From Scyliorhinus canicula (taxonomy: Eukaryota), in NCBI RefSeq assembly GCF_902713615.1, contig NW_024055820.1, positions 1,045,220-1,109,219 of the forward strand: 64,000 nt of DNA. Direction: 5' to 3'. A model generated the notes under the pieces. That model had not been told where the DNA came from. It did not search any database and saw nothing but the letters and a program-made list of their open reading frames with translations. Both the position numbers and the translations under genes were made by a program. Of this stretch, positions 24,490 to 36,739 are shown piece by piece (positions within the stretch are counted from its first letter, which is position 1; every line of letters begins with the position of its first letter).

Positions 24490-24690
24490 TGGGTAGCACG
24501 GTGGTGCAGTCGTTAGCCCTGCTGCCTCACGGTGCTGAGGTCAAAGGTTTGATCCTGGCTCTGGGTCACTGTCCGTGTGGAGTTTGCACATTCTCCCCGT
24601 GTTTGCGTGGGTCTCGATGAATCAAGCCAAAGATGTGCAGGCTAGGTGGATTGACCACGCTAAATTGTCCCTTAATTGGAAAAAAATTAA
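24490..24690 (+). mobile_element. Short HE1-like SINE
   Basis: gggtagcacggtggtgcagtcgttagcc ... cttaattggaaaaaaa. Confidence 0.75.
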
Positions 24691-24869
24691 CTGAGTTCCA
24701 AGCTTTTGAAGCCACTACGAAAACCTAAACAAGTAGTTTACTTTTCAAAACATATTGATAGGTGCCTGTCCCAGTGAGAACTCTACAGGATTTCTATATG
24801 TCAATTAGACATTTGGGACAATGGGCCTGTGATGAGTGTATTTCAGATAGATTGTATTATAGGTATTTT

Positions 24870-25007
24870 GTGCAGCAAGGGTTAAAGCCTGGGTTAGTAT
24901 GTGTGTGACTGCTGCAGTCATGGTACAGTAAGGGTTAAAGGCCCGGGTTAGTGTGTGTGTGACTGCTGCAGTCATGGTGCAGTAAGGGTTAAAGCCTGGG
25001 TTAGTGT
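24870..25007. repeat. ~53-bp tandem repeat, ~2.6 copies
   Basis: gtgcagtaagggttaaagcctgggttagtgtgtgtgtgactgctgcagtcatg. Confidence 0.8.
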
Positions 25008-25342
25008 TGTAATATGTAAGGAGTGTAAAGGGTTAACAAGATGATGTTCATGTATCTCAACACTAGATGGCACCAGAGTAGTCATATAGAAGCCGGTATC
25101 TCCAGGAGTTCTGGGAGGTTAGTGAAAGGTTGAGATAATGTGTTAGTTGTATTAGAAAGATATTACAGATTTCAATAGCATAGATTTAATACTGTTGTTT
25201 GATTAGCTGTTACTTAGTAAAGTGTGCGAACCATATGAAGTAGTGTAAAATAAAGTAGTTTTGTTTCAAATGCATAGCTTGATGTTCTTTCTCAACACTA
25301 TGACTTTTAGTCATCTTGAAGGACTACAGAAGGAACATCACA
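25005..25342 (+). mobile_element. Putative solo LTR
   Basis: TG...CA ends, TATA-like catataga, aataaa near 25249, flanks ttag/gtag. Confidence 0.5.
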
Positions 25343-25344
25343 GT

Positions 25345-25912
25345 AGAGTGGGGGCTATGCTAGGCCATGAGGTTGCAGACTGTGGTTGAATACAATTCTG
25401 CTGCTGCTGATGGCCCACAGAGCCTCCTGGATGCCTAATCTTCAGTTGCTAGATCTGTTCAAAGTCCATCCCATTCAGCACAGTGGTAGTGCCACACAAC
25501 ACGATGGAGAGTAACCTCAATGTGAAGACAGGACTTTGTCTCCACAAGGACTATGCGGTGGTCACTTCTACCAACACCGTCATGGACAGATGCATCTGCA
25601 GTAAGCAGATTGGTGAGGATGAGGTCAAGTATGTTTTTCCCACTTGTTGGTTCCCTCACCACCTGCTGCAGACCCTGTCTCACAGCTTTGTCCTTTCGGC
25701 CCCGGCTAGCTCAGTCTGTGGTGGTACAATCAAGCCACTCTGGGTGATGGACACTGAAGTCCCCACCCAGAGTATATTCTGAGCCCTTGCCACCCACAGT
25801 GCTTCCTCCAAGTGGTGTTCAACAAGGAGGAGTACTGATTCATCAGCTGATGGAGGCCGGTACGTGGTCATCAGCTGGAGTTTCCTTGCCCATGTTCAAC
25901 CTGAAGCCATGA
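25345..25912 (-). mobile_element. LINE AP-endonuclease fragment (CR1/L2 group)
   Basis: TTYRPPS, GLQQVVREPT, NILDLILTN, SDH motifs. Confidence 0.8.
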
Positions 25913-26287
25913 GAGTTCTGCTAGGTCTCCCAATCACGCCGAGGCCCTGGGCGGTATCACCGACTTCCGTCCAAGCAGGACTCGCCTCAGAGCTACAAAC
26001 AATGAAATGGACAACACGTCAGCCTTCCTCCCTCAAGGAGTTCTGGGCAGTCTGACACCCCAAAGATCGCCTCCAGTGGACAAGGCTCCAGCTCGACCAC
26101 AACGATCTCCGACATGGTCTCAGAAAATGAGACCCAGAACCCAACTAGCTTGGGGCAGGACCAGAACACGTGTGAGTGATTCGCTGGCCCCCCCTAAACA
26201 ATGCTGACACCGTCCTGCACCCCAGGGAAGAACCCACTCATGCGCATCTTAGTTACTCTCTAACTATTTCAAACTCTATCAGGATCC

Positions 26288-26715
26288 GGGCGGCATGGTG
26301 GCACAGTGGTTAGCACTTTTTCCTCAGGTCGCCAAGGACCCAGGTTCAATCCCGGTCCCGGGTCACTGTCCGTGTGGAGTTTGCACATTCTCCTCGTGTT
26401 TGCATGGGCCTCACCTCCACAACCCAAATATGTGCAGGGTAGGTGGATTGGCCACGCAAAATTGCCCATTAATTGGGAAAAAAATCAGGCACTTGAAATT
26501 TTAAGTAGCACAGCAGTTAGTACTGTTGCTTCACAGCGCCAGGGACCCACGTTCAATTCCTGGCTTGGAACACTGTCTGTGTGGAGTCTGCACATGTTCC
26601 CTGTGTCTGCGTGGGTGTCCTCCGGCTGCTCTGGTTTCCTGAAAGACATGCTGTTAGGTGAATTGGACATTCTGAATTCTCCCTCAGTGCACCCGAACAG
26701 ACGCCGGGGTGTACC
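26288..26715 (+). mobile_element. Two adjacent HE1-like SINEs
   Basis: Heads at 26288 and ~26505. Confidence 0.7.
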
Positions 26716-26722
26716 CATAACA

Positions 26723-27655
26723 CCATAAGTCATAGGAGCAGAATTAGGCCACTCGGCCCATTGACCTGCTCTGTCATTCAATCATGGCTGATATTTTTCT
26801 CATCCCCATTCTTCTGCCTTTTCTCCATAACCCCTGATCCCCTTATTGATCAAAAACCTAACTATCTCTGTCTTAAACACACTCAGTGAATTGGCCTCCA
26901 CAGCCTTCTGCAGCAAAGAGTTCCACAGATTCACCCCCCTCTGGCTGAGGAAATTCCTCCTCATCTCTGTCTTAAAGGATCATCCCTTTCGTCTGAGATT
27001 GTTGTCTCTGCTTCTAGTTTTTCCTACAAGTGGAAACATCCTCTACACATCCATTCTATCCAGGCCTCGCAGTATCCTATAAGCTTCAAGAAGATCCCCC
27101 CTCATCCTTCTAAACTATGAGTACAGACCCAGAGTCCTCAATCATTCCTCATAGGACAAGCTCTTCATTCCAGGGATCATTGTTGTAAACCTCCTCTGGA
27201 CCCTTTCCAAGGCCAGCAATCCTTGGATACAGGGCACAATACTCCAAATGGGGTTTGACCAGAGTCGTATACAGCCTCAGTACATCCCTGCTCTTGCATT
27301 CTAGCCCTCTCGACATGAATGCTACCATTGCATTTGCCTCCCTAACTGCCGACTGAACCTGCACGTTAACCTTAAGAGAATCGTGAACAAGGACTCCCAA
27401 GTCCCTTTGTGCTTCTAATTTCCTAAGCATTTCCCCATTTCGAAAATAGTCTATGCCTCTATACCTCCTTCCAAAAGGCATAACCTCACACTTTTCCACA
27501 TTGTATTCCATCTCGTATTCCCTCTATACCTGCTTCCAAAGGGCATAACCTCACACTTTTCCACGTTGTATTCCATCTCGTATTCCCTCTATACCTGCTT
27601 CCAAAGGGCATAACCTCACACTTTTCCACGTTGTATTCCATCTCGTATTCCCTCT
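26723..27655 (-). mobile_element. CR1 LINE 3' portion
   Basis: MEYNVEKCEVM, QRDLGVLVH, LVKPHLEYC; tail cataagtcataggagc. Confidence 0.85.
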
Positions 27656-27656
27656 A
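27456..27656. repeat. 65-bp tandem repeat x3 at the CR1 5' junction
   Basis: Units start at 27456, 27521 and 27586. Confidence 0.9.
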
Positions 27657-28271
27657 ATGGAATCATTAACTTTTCTTGTTCGCCACGGTTGTGACACTTT
27701 TCCTGTTGGAATTTTGTTCCTTAATAGAATCTAGATTTGCTGTATTTTTGTGAAATAAAAGTCACAAAATACCCAGAGGACCACAGGCTGCTTTCCCCTT
27801 TGAGCGAGAGAGAGAGCGAGCGAGCTGACTGGCGGTGATTTAATCTGAGGGTCACCACACCTCAGGCGAGGGGTAATGTTGATAAGGCCGGGCCTTCATG
27901 GTTAACCCTCACCCGGTGTGGGAGTCGAACCGCGCTGTTGGCCTCGCTCTGTATCACGAACCAGCCGTCAGACAACTGTTTTTTAAATTTAGGAAACCCA
28001 ATTTTTTTTTCCAATTAAGAGGCAATTTACCGTGACCAATTCACCAACCCTGGGTTTTGGGGGTGAGACCCAGTCAGACACGGGGAGAATGTGCAAACTC
28101 CAACGGACAGTGACCCGGAGCCAGGATCGAACCTGGGTCCTTGGCACCATGATCCAGGTAAATGAAACAAAAAAAAAAGGTAACCACCAGGGCCCATCTC
28201 AATGGCAACATGGCATGCTTTGGCGGGGTACCAAACAGAAATAGCAACTAAATATCTTCACACTTCCAAAC

Positions 28272-29971
28272 GGGAATGGGACTATTTGGCGCCGATCATT
28301 TGGCGCCGACCTTTTGGCGCTCATCTGTTTGGCGCCAATTCAGACTACTTCAGCAATTAATGATAACAATCTACAGCCTTGGTGCTACATAAGCCTGTTC
28401 TCTTTTCACATCTGAAAGCTAGAAATACAGTTTTGCTTTTAATATACCAGAAATACCAGAAATGGCTGAAAAAATTCTAAGCAAGAGAGACAAACCAAAA
28501 TTAACACACGATGGATATTTATACGTGTTTGATAAATGTAGCAAAAGCGACCCATTGTTAATGTTTTGGAGATGCGAATTAAAAAACGAGTGTAAAGGTC
28601 GCATTCACACTAAAAACAATGAAGTAGTGAAGGAAGTGAACGGACATTCTCATGGTGCTTCAGCAGTCGGTGTGGAAGTTGCTACCACCAAAACAAGTTT
28701 GAAGCGTAAAGCTGAAGAAACTCTTGAAGTGCCGTCAACAATTATAAACGATGGCTTGAAAATAGTTCTCAAGCTGCACAAGCATCACTTCCAAACTCAC
28801 AGGCTATGAAAAAAATCGTAAGAAGAAAACAAAATCTAATAAAGTCGTTAATTTTTGGGAGACAGAGCTGGTTAGTTTTTTTACGTGATTCAGAAGTGTG
28901 GCATGGAGATGGGACATTTAAGATGTCTCCTCCGTTATTTTACCAGGTTTATGTCATTATGGCAAGAAGGCATGGTGGGGTTTTCCGTGTTGTATGCTCT
29001 ATTACCGAATAAGCGTCGAGTAACATACGTTAGAATGTTCCGGATGATTAATGATTTGCTACCAGATTTACAGCCAAAAGGAATATACTGTGACTATGAA
29101 CACGCTGCCTTTTCTGCAATGAAAGAATGTTTTCCGGAAGTGGAGCTGAAAGGCTGCTTCTTCCACTTAGCCCATAATATACAAAATATGCATTTGAAAC
29201 ACCTTGGGCTCCAGCATTTGTACGATAATGATCCTGACTTTGCCTTAAAAGCGAAAATGATCGTAGCATTATGTTTTGTACCTGAGTCCCACATGGATGT
29301 CTACATCGATGCTTTATCGGAGGACTTACCTGATGAACTTCAACCATTGCTGAATTGGCTCGAAGATAATTACGTTGGGAGGACAATGAGACGAGGCAAT
29401 GGGTGGCATCCGCCACTTTTTCCTACAGAAATGTGGAATCAGTACAGGCGAACAATAGCTGGTGTGGACCGAACAAACAATCATGCTGAAGCAGCACACA
29501 GAAAAATATATGCAGAATTAGATATGAACCATCCCGTTATATGGAAGTTCATCGATGGTATAAGGAAAATTCAAAAAGGGCGTGATGCTTACTACGAGCA
29601 GTTGATTGCCGGGAATGCTCCAAATCAAAAACTTCTGAAATACATCAAGGCCGATGAGCGTATCTTAAACATCGCACAACAGTTTGATTCACGGGCACCA
29701 CTTGAATATTTACGTGATTTGGTCCACAAATATGAACTGCATTAAACTTTTATACTCGTTTTACTTAATATTTGGTGTTAGAAATAAATGTCATGTTTTT
29801 ATCTATTATTATTATTAACCTATAATTACATTCCTGGCAATATATTCAATACAAAACAAAGGCTCCAAAACAGCTGGGTGCCAAAATAATGAGCGCAAAA
29901 TCAATTTAGCGCCAAAATGGCGGTGTCAAATGATCGGTGCCAAAAGGGAGGCGCCAAAACGTACCCGACCC
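28272..29971 (+). mobile_element. Mutator-like (MULE, Phantom-type FLYWCH) DNA transposon, 1700 bp
   Basis: Perfect 9-bp TSD cttccaaac (28263-28271, 29972-29980); imperfect TIRs starting ggg and built of ttggcgcc repeats; empty paralogous site near 16225-16240. Confidence 0.92.
28462..29745 (+). pseudogene. FLYWCH + MULE transposase, frameshifted (three overlapping ORFs)
   Basis: DGYLY..FWRC..CKGRIH..HSH (FLYWCH); WHGDGTFK; CDYE; GCFFH; RTNNHAEAAH. Confidence 0.88.
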
Positions 29972-30214
29972 CTTCCAAACACCCTTTCACTCTGTGCTCC
30001 TTGTGCAATTTGAAGCCAGGTATTAGCGACAAGGCTCAAAGAGCATCAGCCCACTGGAGGCAAAGTGGTGAGACCGGCCAGTCCAGCAGAAAGAAACCCT
30101 CCGACCATCCCCACTGACCACCTGTCAGAATGAACAAAATGCAGTCCTGGGTGTAGAGCAGAAACAATAACAGCAGAATCCAACCCCTGTAATAGATTGT
30201 GAAATTGTTGGGTG

Positions 30215-30976
30215 TCACAGCAGGTGAGATGAAACAGGCAATCCCGTCTCACATTGAGATGTGGACGGCGTCTCCCCAGTGCGAATTCGCTGGTGTCTCC
30301 GCAGGTTTGATATGTGACTAAATCCTTTCCCACACTGAGAGCAGATGAACGGCCTCTCCCCAGTATGAACTCGCTGGTGTGTCCGCAGGTGATATGACTG
30401 AGTGAATCCCTTCCCACACTGAGGGCAGGTGAATGGCTTCTTCCCAGTGTGAACTCGCTGATGTTTCCGCAGGTGGGATAACTGACTGAATCCCTCCCCA
30501 CACTGAGAGCAGGTGAACAATTTCTCCCCAGTGTGAACTCGCTGGTGTTTCCGTAGTTTGGATCCTTCAGTAAATCTTTTCCCACACTGAGAGCAGGTGA
30601 ATGGTCTCTCCCCAGTGTGAATTCGCTGGTGCGACTGCAGGTTGGATCCTTGAGCAAATCCTTTCCCACACTGGGAGCAGGTGAATGGCCTCTCCCCAGT
30701 GTGAACTCGCTGGTGTTTCCGCAGGTTAGATACTTGAGCAAATCCTTTCCCACATTGAGAGCAGGTGAATGGCCTCTCCCCAGTGTGAATTCGCTGGTGT
30801 GACTGTAGGTTGGATCCTTGAGCAAATCCTTTCCCACATTGAGAGCAGGTGAATGGCCTCACCCCAGTGTGAATCCGTTGATGAATCTCCAGCTGTGATG
30901 GGGTTCTGAATCCCTTCCCACAGTGCCCACATTTCCACCGTTTCTCCATGTTTTGGGTCTCCTCCGGACTCTCCAT
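30215..30976 (-). CDS. Tandem C2H2 zinc-finger protein, 7 intact plus 2 degenerate fingers (type A)
   Basis: [16 protein letters not shown]...; fingers 2 and 4 identical; acceptor ttttacag near 31293; TGA in the decayed last finger. Confidence 0.85.
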   Translation of the reverse strand: MESPEETQNMEKRWKCGHCGKGFRTPSQLEIHQRIHTGVRPFTCSQCGKGFAQGSNLQSHQRIHTGERPFTCSQCGKGFAQVSNLRKHQRVHTGERPFTCSQCGKGFAQGSNLQSHQRIHTGERPFTCSQCGKRFTEGSKLRKHQRVHTGEKLFTCSQCGEGFSQLSHLRKHQRVHTGKKPFTCPQCGKGFTQSYHLRTHQRVHTGERPFICSQCGKGFSHISNLRRHQRIRTGETPSTSQCETGLPVSSHLL

Positions 30977-31661
30977 GTTGGACACCAGTTCAGAACACAG
31001 GTATGGTCTCTTCCACTGTGAATGTTATTATGTTTATTCAGGCCGTGTAACTGATTAAACCTCTTTCCACAGTCAGTTCACTGGAACACACTCACTCGGG
31101 TGTGTGTTGTGTGGGTCTCGCTGCTTTTCTAGTCACACTGATGTTTGAAACCTTTAGCTGACAGTTCAGGCAAACATTTCTTCTTCTAGATTCAAAGCCC
31201 GATGGTATTCAGATTAAAGGGAATCGAGTGACTGTCAGATCGAGACGTGACGTTTGAGATTTCTGTCTGTAATTCCTCCTCGTCTAATATCCTGTAAAAA
31301 CAATTTACAAAACTCATCACTGTCGGTGCAGGATAGAAACTCAGAACAGACAATTCTAGTTTCTATATCAGATTTTTTACTCCCTCTCATTCCCTGAAAG
31401 CTGTAAATCTCCATCCCACACTCTCCCCCTCCATTCTCACTCTGCTGTATCTAATATTCACCCTCCCAATTCTCCTGAAGGTGCTGATTCAGGCTGATTG
31501 ACAGATCCGTGCTCACAGCTTCCTTCCAGGAGGTCACAACAAATATGAGCAGCAGTCGGCCATTCAGCCCATCAAGCCTGAATCATTCAATGGGATCATT
31601 GGCCAATCTACCTCAGCTCCGTTTTCCCACACTATCCCCATATCCCTTGACACCCTCAATA

Positions 31662-32468
31662 TCTACAGGAGGGACATAGAGAACCTGGTGGACTGGCATA
31701 ACAACAACAATCTCTTCCTTAATGTCAGCAAAACTAAGGAGCTGGTCATTGACTTCAGGAAGCAATGTATCGTACACACCCCTGTCAGCATCAATGGTGC
31801 AGAGGTGGAGATGGTTAACTGCTTCAAATTCCTAGGTGTACACATCACCAACAATCTGGTCCACCCACGTCGACACTGCGACCAAGAAAGCGCCTATACG
31901 TTTTCAAGAAACTAAAGAAATTCAGCATGTCCACATTGACTCTTACCAACTTTTACAGATCCTATTTGGCTGCATCACAGCCTGGTATGGCAACATTTCA
32001 GCCCAAGACCATATGAAACTTCAGAGAGTCGTGAACACAGCCCAGTCCATCACATGAATCTGCCTCCCATCCATTGACTCTGTCCACACCTCCCGCTGCC
32101 TGGGGAAAGCAGGCAGCATAATCAAAGACCCTCCCACCCGGCTTACTCACTCTTCCAATTTCTTCCATCGGGCAGGAGATACAGAAGTCTGAGAACACGC
32201 ACGAACAGACTCAAAAACAGCTTCTTCCCCACTGTCACCAGACTCCTAAATGACCCTCTTATAGACTGACCTGATTAACACTACACCCCTGTGTGCTTCA
32301 ACCGATGCCGGTGTTATGTAGTTACATTGTGGACCTTGTGTTGCCCTATTATGTGTTTTCTTTTATTTCCTTTTCTTTTCCTGTACTTAATGATATGCTG
32401 AGCTGCTCGCAGAAAAATACTTTTCACTGTACCTCGGTACACGTGACAATAAACAAATCCAATCCAAC
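31662..32468 (+). mobile_element. Rex1/Babar-type LINE 3' portion (intronic)
   Basis: LNVSKTKELVIDFRK, FKFLGVHI, GCITAWYG; tail aataaacaaatccaatcc. Confidence 0.85.
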
Positions 32469-32469
32469 A

Positions 32470-33975
32470 CTGACACACGAGAAACATCTGACCTACCTAC
32501 CTAACCCCATTTGCCAGCAGTTGGCCCATAGCCTTGAATGTTATGACGTGCCAGTCTTCATCCAGGTACTTTTTAAAGTATGTGAGGCAACCCGTCTCTA
32601 CCACCCTCCCAGGCAGTGCATTCCAGACCGTCACCACCCTCTGGGTAAACAGGGTTTTCCTCAAAACCCCCCTTAACATCTTGTCCCTCACCATGAACTT
32701 GTGTCTCCTTGTGACTGACCCTTCAACTAAGGGGAACAGCTACTCCCTATCCACGGCCCTCATAATCTTGTACACCTCGATCAGGTCGCCCCTCAGTCTT
32801 CTCTGCTCCAATGAAAATAACCCACGCCTATCCAACCTCACTTCATAAAAGTTCCATCCCAGGCAACATACTGGTGAATCGCCTCTTCACACCCCAGTGC
32901 AATCACATTCTTCCTGTAATGTGGCGACCAGAACTGCACACAGTACTCCAGCTAATAATAATAATCTATATTAGTGTCACAAGGAGGCTTACATTAACGC
33001 TGCAATGAAGTTACTGTGAAAATCTCCTCGTCGCCGCACTCTGGCACCTGTTCGGGTTCACGGAGGGAGAATTCAGAATGTCCAATTCACCGAACAAGAA
33101 GTTGTACCACATTTAGAAAATAGTCTGCCTCGACTATTCCTTCCAAAGTGCATAACCTCACACTTTTCCATATTCTATTACAGCTGCCACTTCTTTTCCT
33201 ACTCTCCTAACCTGTCCAAGTCCTTCTGCAGCTTCCTCAACACTCCCTGTCCCTCTACACATCTTTCTAATATCTGCATGCTTAGCAACAGTGCCTCTGT
33301 TCCTTCTTCCAGATCGTTAATGTATTGAATAGTTGTGGTCCCAACACTGACCCCTGTGGAACACCAGGTCACCAGCTGCCATCCTGAAATAGACCCTTTC
33401 ATCCTCACTCTCCGCATTCTGCCTGTCAATTAATCCTCTAACCATCCCAGTACCGTGCCCCGAACACCATGGGCTCTTCTCTTGATTTGGCAGCCTGTTG
33501 TACGGCACCTTGTCAAAGGCCTTCTGGAAACCCAAATGGATCACATCCACTGGCTCTCCTTTGTCGAACTTCCTTTTTACCTCCTCAAAGAATTCTAACA
33601 GATTTGGCAGGCATGACCTCCCCTTGATGAAACTGTGCTCAGTCATATTTCACGATGCACTTCCAAGAACTCCATAATCTCATCCTTAATAATGGACTCT
33701 AAAATCTTATCAACAACCAAAGTCAGACTAACTGGCCGATAATTTCCCGTCTTCTACCTCTTTCCTTTCTTAAACTGTGGTGTTACATTAGTCACTTCCC
33801 TGGGAGCCCCTTGACTCCAGTGATTCCTGAAGGATCACCACCTATGGCTCCACATCCTCTGCAGTTATCTCCTTCGGTACCCTGGGGTGTGGTCCATCCG
33901 GTCTGGGTGATTTATCCACCTTCAGACCCTTCAGCTTCCCCAGCACCTTCTCCTTAGTGATCGCCACTACACTTA
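32470..33975 (-). mobile_element. CR1 LINE fragments with an intervening SINE tail (32955-33100)
   Basis: FTQRVVTVWNALP; SCLPNLLEFFE, FQKAFDKVP, KSPRPDG. Confidence 0.8.
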
Positions 33976-34059
33976 CCTCTGCCCCCGACTTTCTTTCCTC
34001 CACTCCCAGTTTTCTTTTTCCCTCTCCTCTGTTGGATCGCCCTCCTTGCCCCTGGATTT

Positions 34060-35980
34060 GGAGCATCTTGTGGAGGCACTGCTGGAAGCACTGCTCCAGT
34101 GCTTTTGAGATGCCTGCTCCAGGTTTTTAAAGTTTCTGAAGCCTTTAGAAGGTAGAAAGAGTGAGGGATAGCCAACAGCTCATGGAAAACAATTGCATGC
34201 ATCGTTTCATCAGTGCTGCCAACAGAATTGATGGCCTAAGCAGTCAATGGCCCACCCCACTGAGAGCAAAGTGTGGAGGGGAACTCATCAAGGACAGAGA
34301 GTCAGTCAGTGCTCACTGGAGGGAACATTCTGAAGAACCCCTCGACCGAGACTCTTTCTTTGGCTTTAACGTCCTCAAGTCCATTCCCCAGTATCCTGTC
34401 CGGCTCAGTCCCTGTGGTACCCCGATCTGGAGCAGAGTGAAAAAGTCATTCAACAGCTGAAAAACAACACGGCCACTGGAGCAGAATGAATCCCTGCTGA
34501 AATTCTGAAGCATGGCGGGGTTACACTCCTGGCAGAGCGACACAATCTCATATTCCTCATCTGGGAAGATGGATGCATGGCAGGGATCTCAGAGACACTG
34601 TGACTATATTGAAGTCAGACAAGTCAAGTCAGATTGAGGTAATTACACAGGGGACTCCCTGCTGTCTGCCACAGAGAAGATCATTGCCTGGGCAGCACGG
34701 TGGCGTATTGGTTAGCATTGCTGCCTCGTGGCGTCAAAGTTCTCGGTTCGATTCCGGCTCTGGGTCACTGTCCATGTGGACTTTGGACATTCTCCCCGTG
34801 TTTCACCCCCACACCCGAAAGATGTGCAGGTTAGGTGGATTGGCCACGGTGAATTGCCCCTGAATTGGAAAAAATGAATTGGGTACTCTAAATTTATTTT
34901 TAAAAAAGAGAAGATCATTGCCAGGATCCTCCTCAATGATCTCCTCTTAGTGGCAAAGAGTCACAGTCAGGTTTTCTCCCTTCGCGAGGCACTAAAGACA
35001 TTCTACACTGTGTAACAAACCCAAGCAAAGTGCAAGGAACAGCACCAAGCACAGGTCTTTTCTTTAAATAAATTTAGAGTACGCAATTTTTTTTCCAATT
35101 AAGGGGCAATTTACCTGGCCAATCCACCTAACCTGCACATCTTTGGGTTGTGGAGGTGAAACCGACGCAGACATGAGGAGAATGTGCAAACTCCACACAG
35201 ACAGTGACCCAGGGCCAGGATTCAAACCTGGGTTGTCAGTGCCGCAGTCCCAGTGCTAACCACTGCGCCACATGCCACCCCTCACAGGTCTTTTCTGACC
35301 TCTCAAAAACACTTCACACTGTCAAAGTGATGTTTTATTCAGTATGTTCCTCAAATTTGGCTGTCCTCAGAACTTGGCCACCAGCCTCCGCCTACACGAT
35401 GACACACAAGCCATGATCCTCATCAATGGGAACACCCCAGACACTCCCTCAGTGAAGACTGGGATCAGACAAGGCTGTGTCACTGCACCAACCCTCATCC
35501 CCTTCACGGCAGCATAGTGGTTAGCACTGTTACTTCACAGCACCAGGGACCTGGGTTTGATTCCCACTTGGGTCACTGTGCGGAGTCTGCACATTCTCCC
35601 AGTGTCTGCGTGGGTCTCCCAAAAGTTCCGAACGACGCGCGGAGAATTGTTAGGTGAATTGGACATTCTGAATATTCCCTCAATTTACCCAAACAGGTGC
35701 CGAAGTGTGGCTACTAGGGGATTTTCGCAGTAACTTCATTGCAATGATACATAGAAGATACATAGAGGATAGCAGCAGGAAGAGGCCTATTGGCCCTTCA
35801 AGCCTGCAAGGCTACTTAATGTATGCCTACTTGTGACACTAATAAAGATTATTATCTTACCTCCAGCAAATTACCCACAGGTGTGGAGATATTCGACAGA
35901 ACAGGAAACCGACACCACCTTCAAAACAAAACCAGAATCAGTTCAACCTCAGACATTAAGCTCCAGTTTGCAGATGTCTG
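34060..35980 (+). mobile_element. Decayed RTE-like LINE interrupted by SINEs (34689-34906+, 35064-35282-, 35505-35855+)
   Basis: GELIKDRESVSAHWREH; gtgaagactgggatcagacaaggctgt (VKTGxRQGC); ctccagtttgcagat; SINE TSDs agagaagatcattgcc and cacaggtcttttct. Confidence 0.65.
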
Positions 35981-36283
35981 ATCTGTTTGTTCAATCCATC
36001 CATCTCCCTTGATTCTATAACCATTAATACTCTCATCTCACAAACTTCTATCAATCTCAGTTTTTATACTTTCTGTAGACTGAATCTGACAGAATTGCAG
36101 ATTTCACTATATTTTCTGTGAAGTGATTTCTGACATTGCTCCTGAACAGCCAGTCTCAGTTAAACGAATAAATATCACTGATTTGGACGTTTAAATGGTG
36201 ACAATTATTTTACTCTTAATTGGTTATGTAACAAAATTTCAAAAACAGAATAATTTGAGTTAAACCCTGCGGAAGTTGGAAAC

Positions 36284-36515
36284 GTGAAGTGAAAACAGAA
36301 AGTTGTGGAAATGTGAAGTGAAAACAGAAAGTTGTGGAAATGTGAAGTGAAAACAGAAAGTTGTGGAAATGTGAAGTGAAAACAGAAAGTTGTGGAAATG
36401 TGAAGTGAAAACAGAAAGTTGTGGAAATGTGAAGTGAAAACAGAAAGTTGTGGAAATGTGAAGTGAAAACAGAAAGTTGTGGAAATGTGAAGTGAAAACA
36501 GAAAGTTGTGGAAAT
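36284..36515. repeat. Perfect 29-bp minisatellite x8
   Basis: gtgaagtgaaaacagaaagttgtggaaat; 232 bp = 8 x 29; runs into a Penelope-like end (36516-36595). Confidence 0.95.
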
Positions 36516-36739
36516 CCTCAGCAGGTTTGGCAGCTTCTGTGAAGAGAGAGAGTTAACATTTCCAATGCAATCTGATTCTTCTTCAGAACTGAGAGTTTGC
36601 AGCATTGTGGTTTCATTTGACAAACATAATGAATGTGAACTTTGTGGTTCTTACAGATATCTGGCTGTAAATCTGATTTCAGACCTTCCTCTGAACACTT
36701 TGCAACCTCAGCTCCAGCTCATTGTCCTTCACTAAAGAC

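Noticed and set aside
25699-25720. gccccggctagctcagtc resembling a tRNA-Lys 5' end
   Set aside because: Only ~17 nt, inside a LINE endonuclease fragment, with no downstream tRNA structure
36216-36623. 135-aa repetitive ORF and CRISPR-like look of the 29-bp array
   Set aside because: Head-to-tail repeat with no spacers, in eukaryotic context
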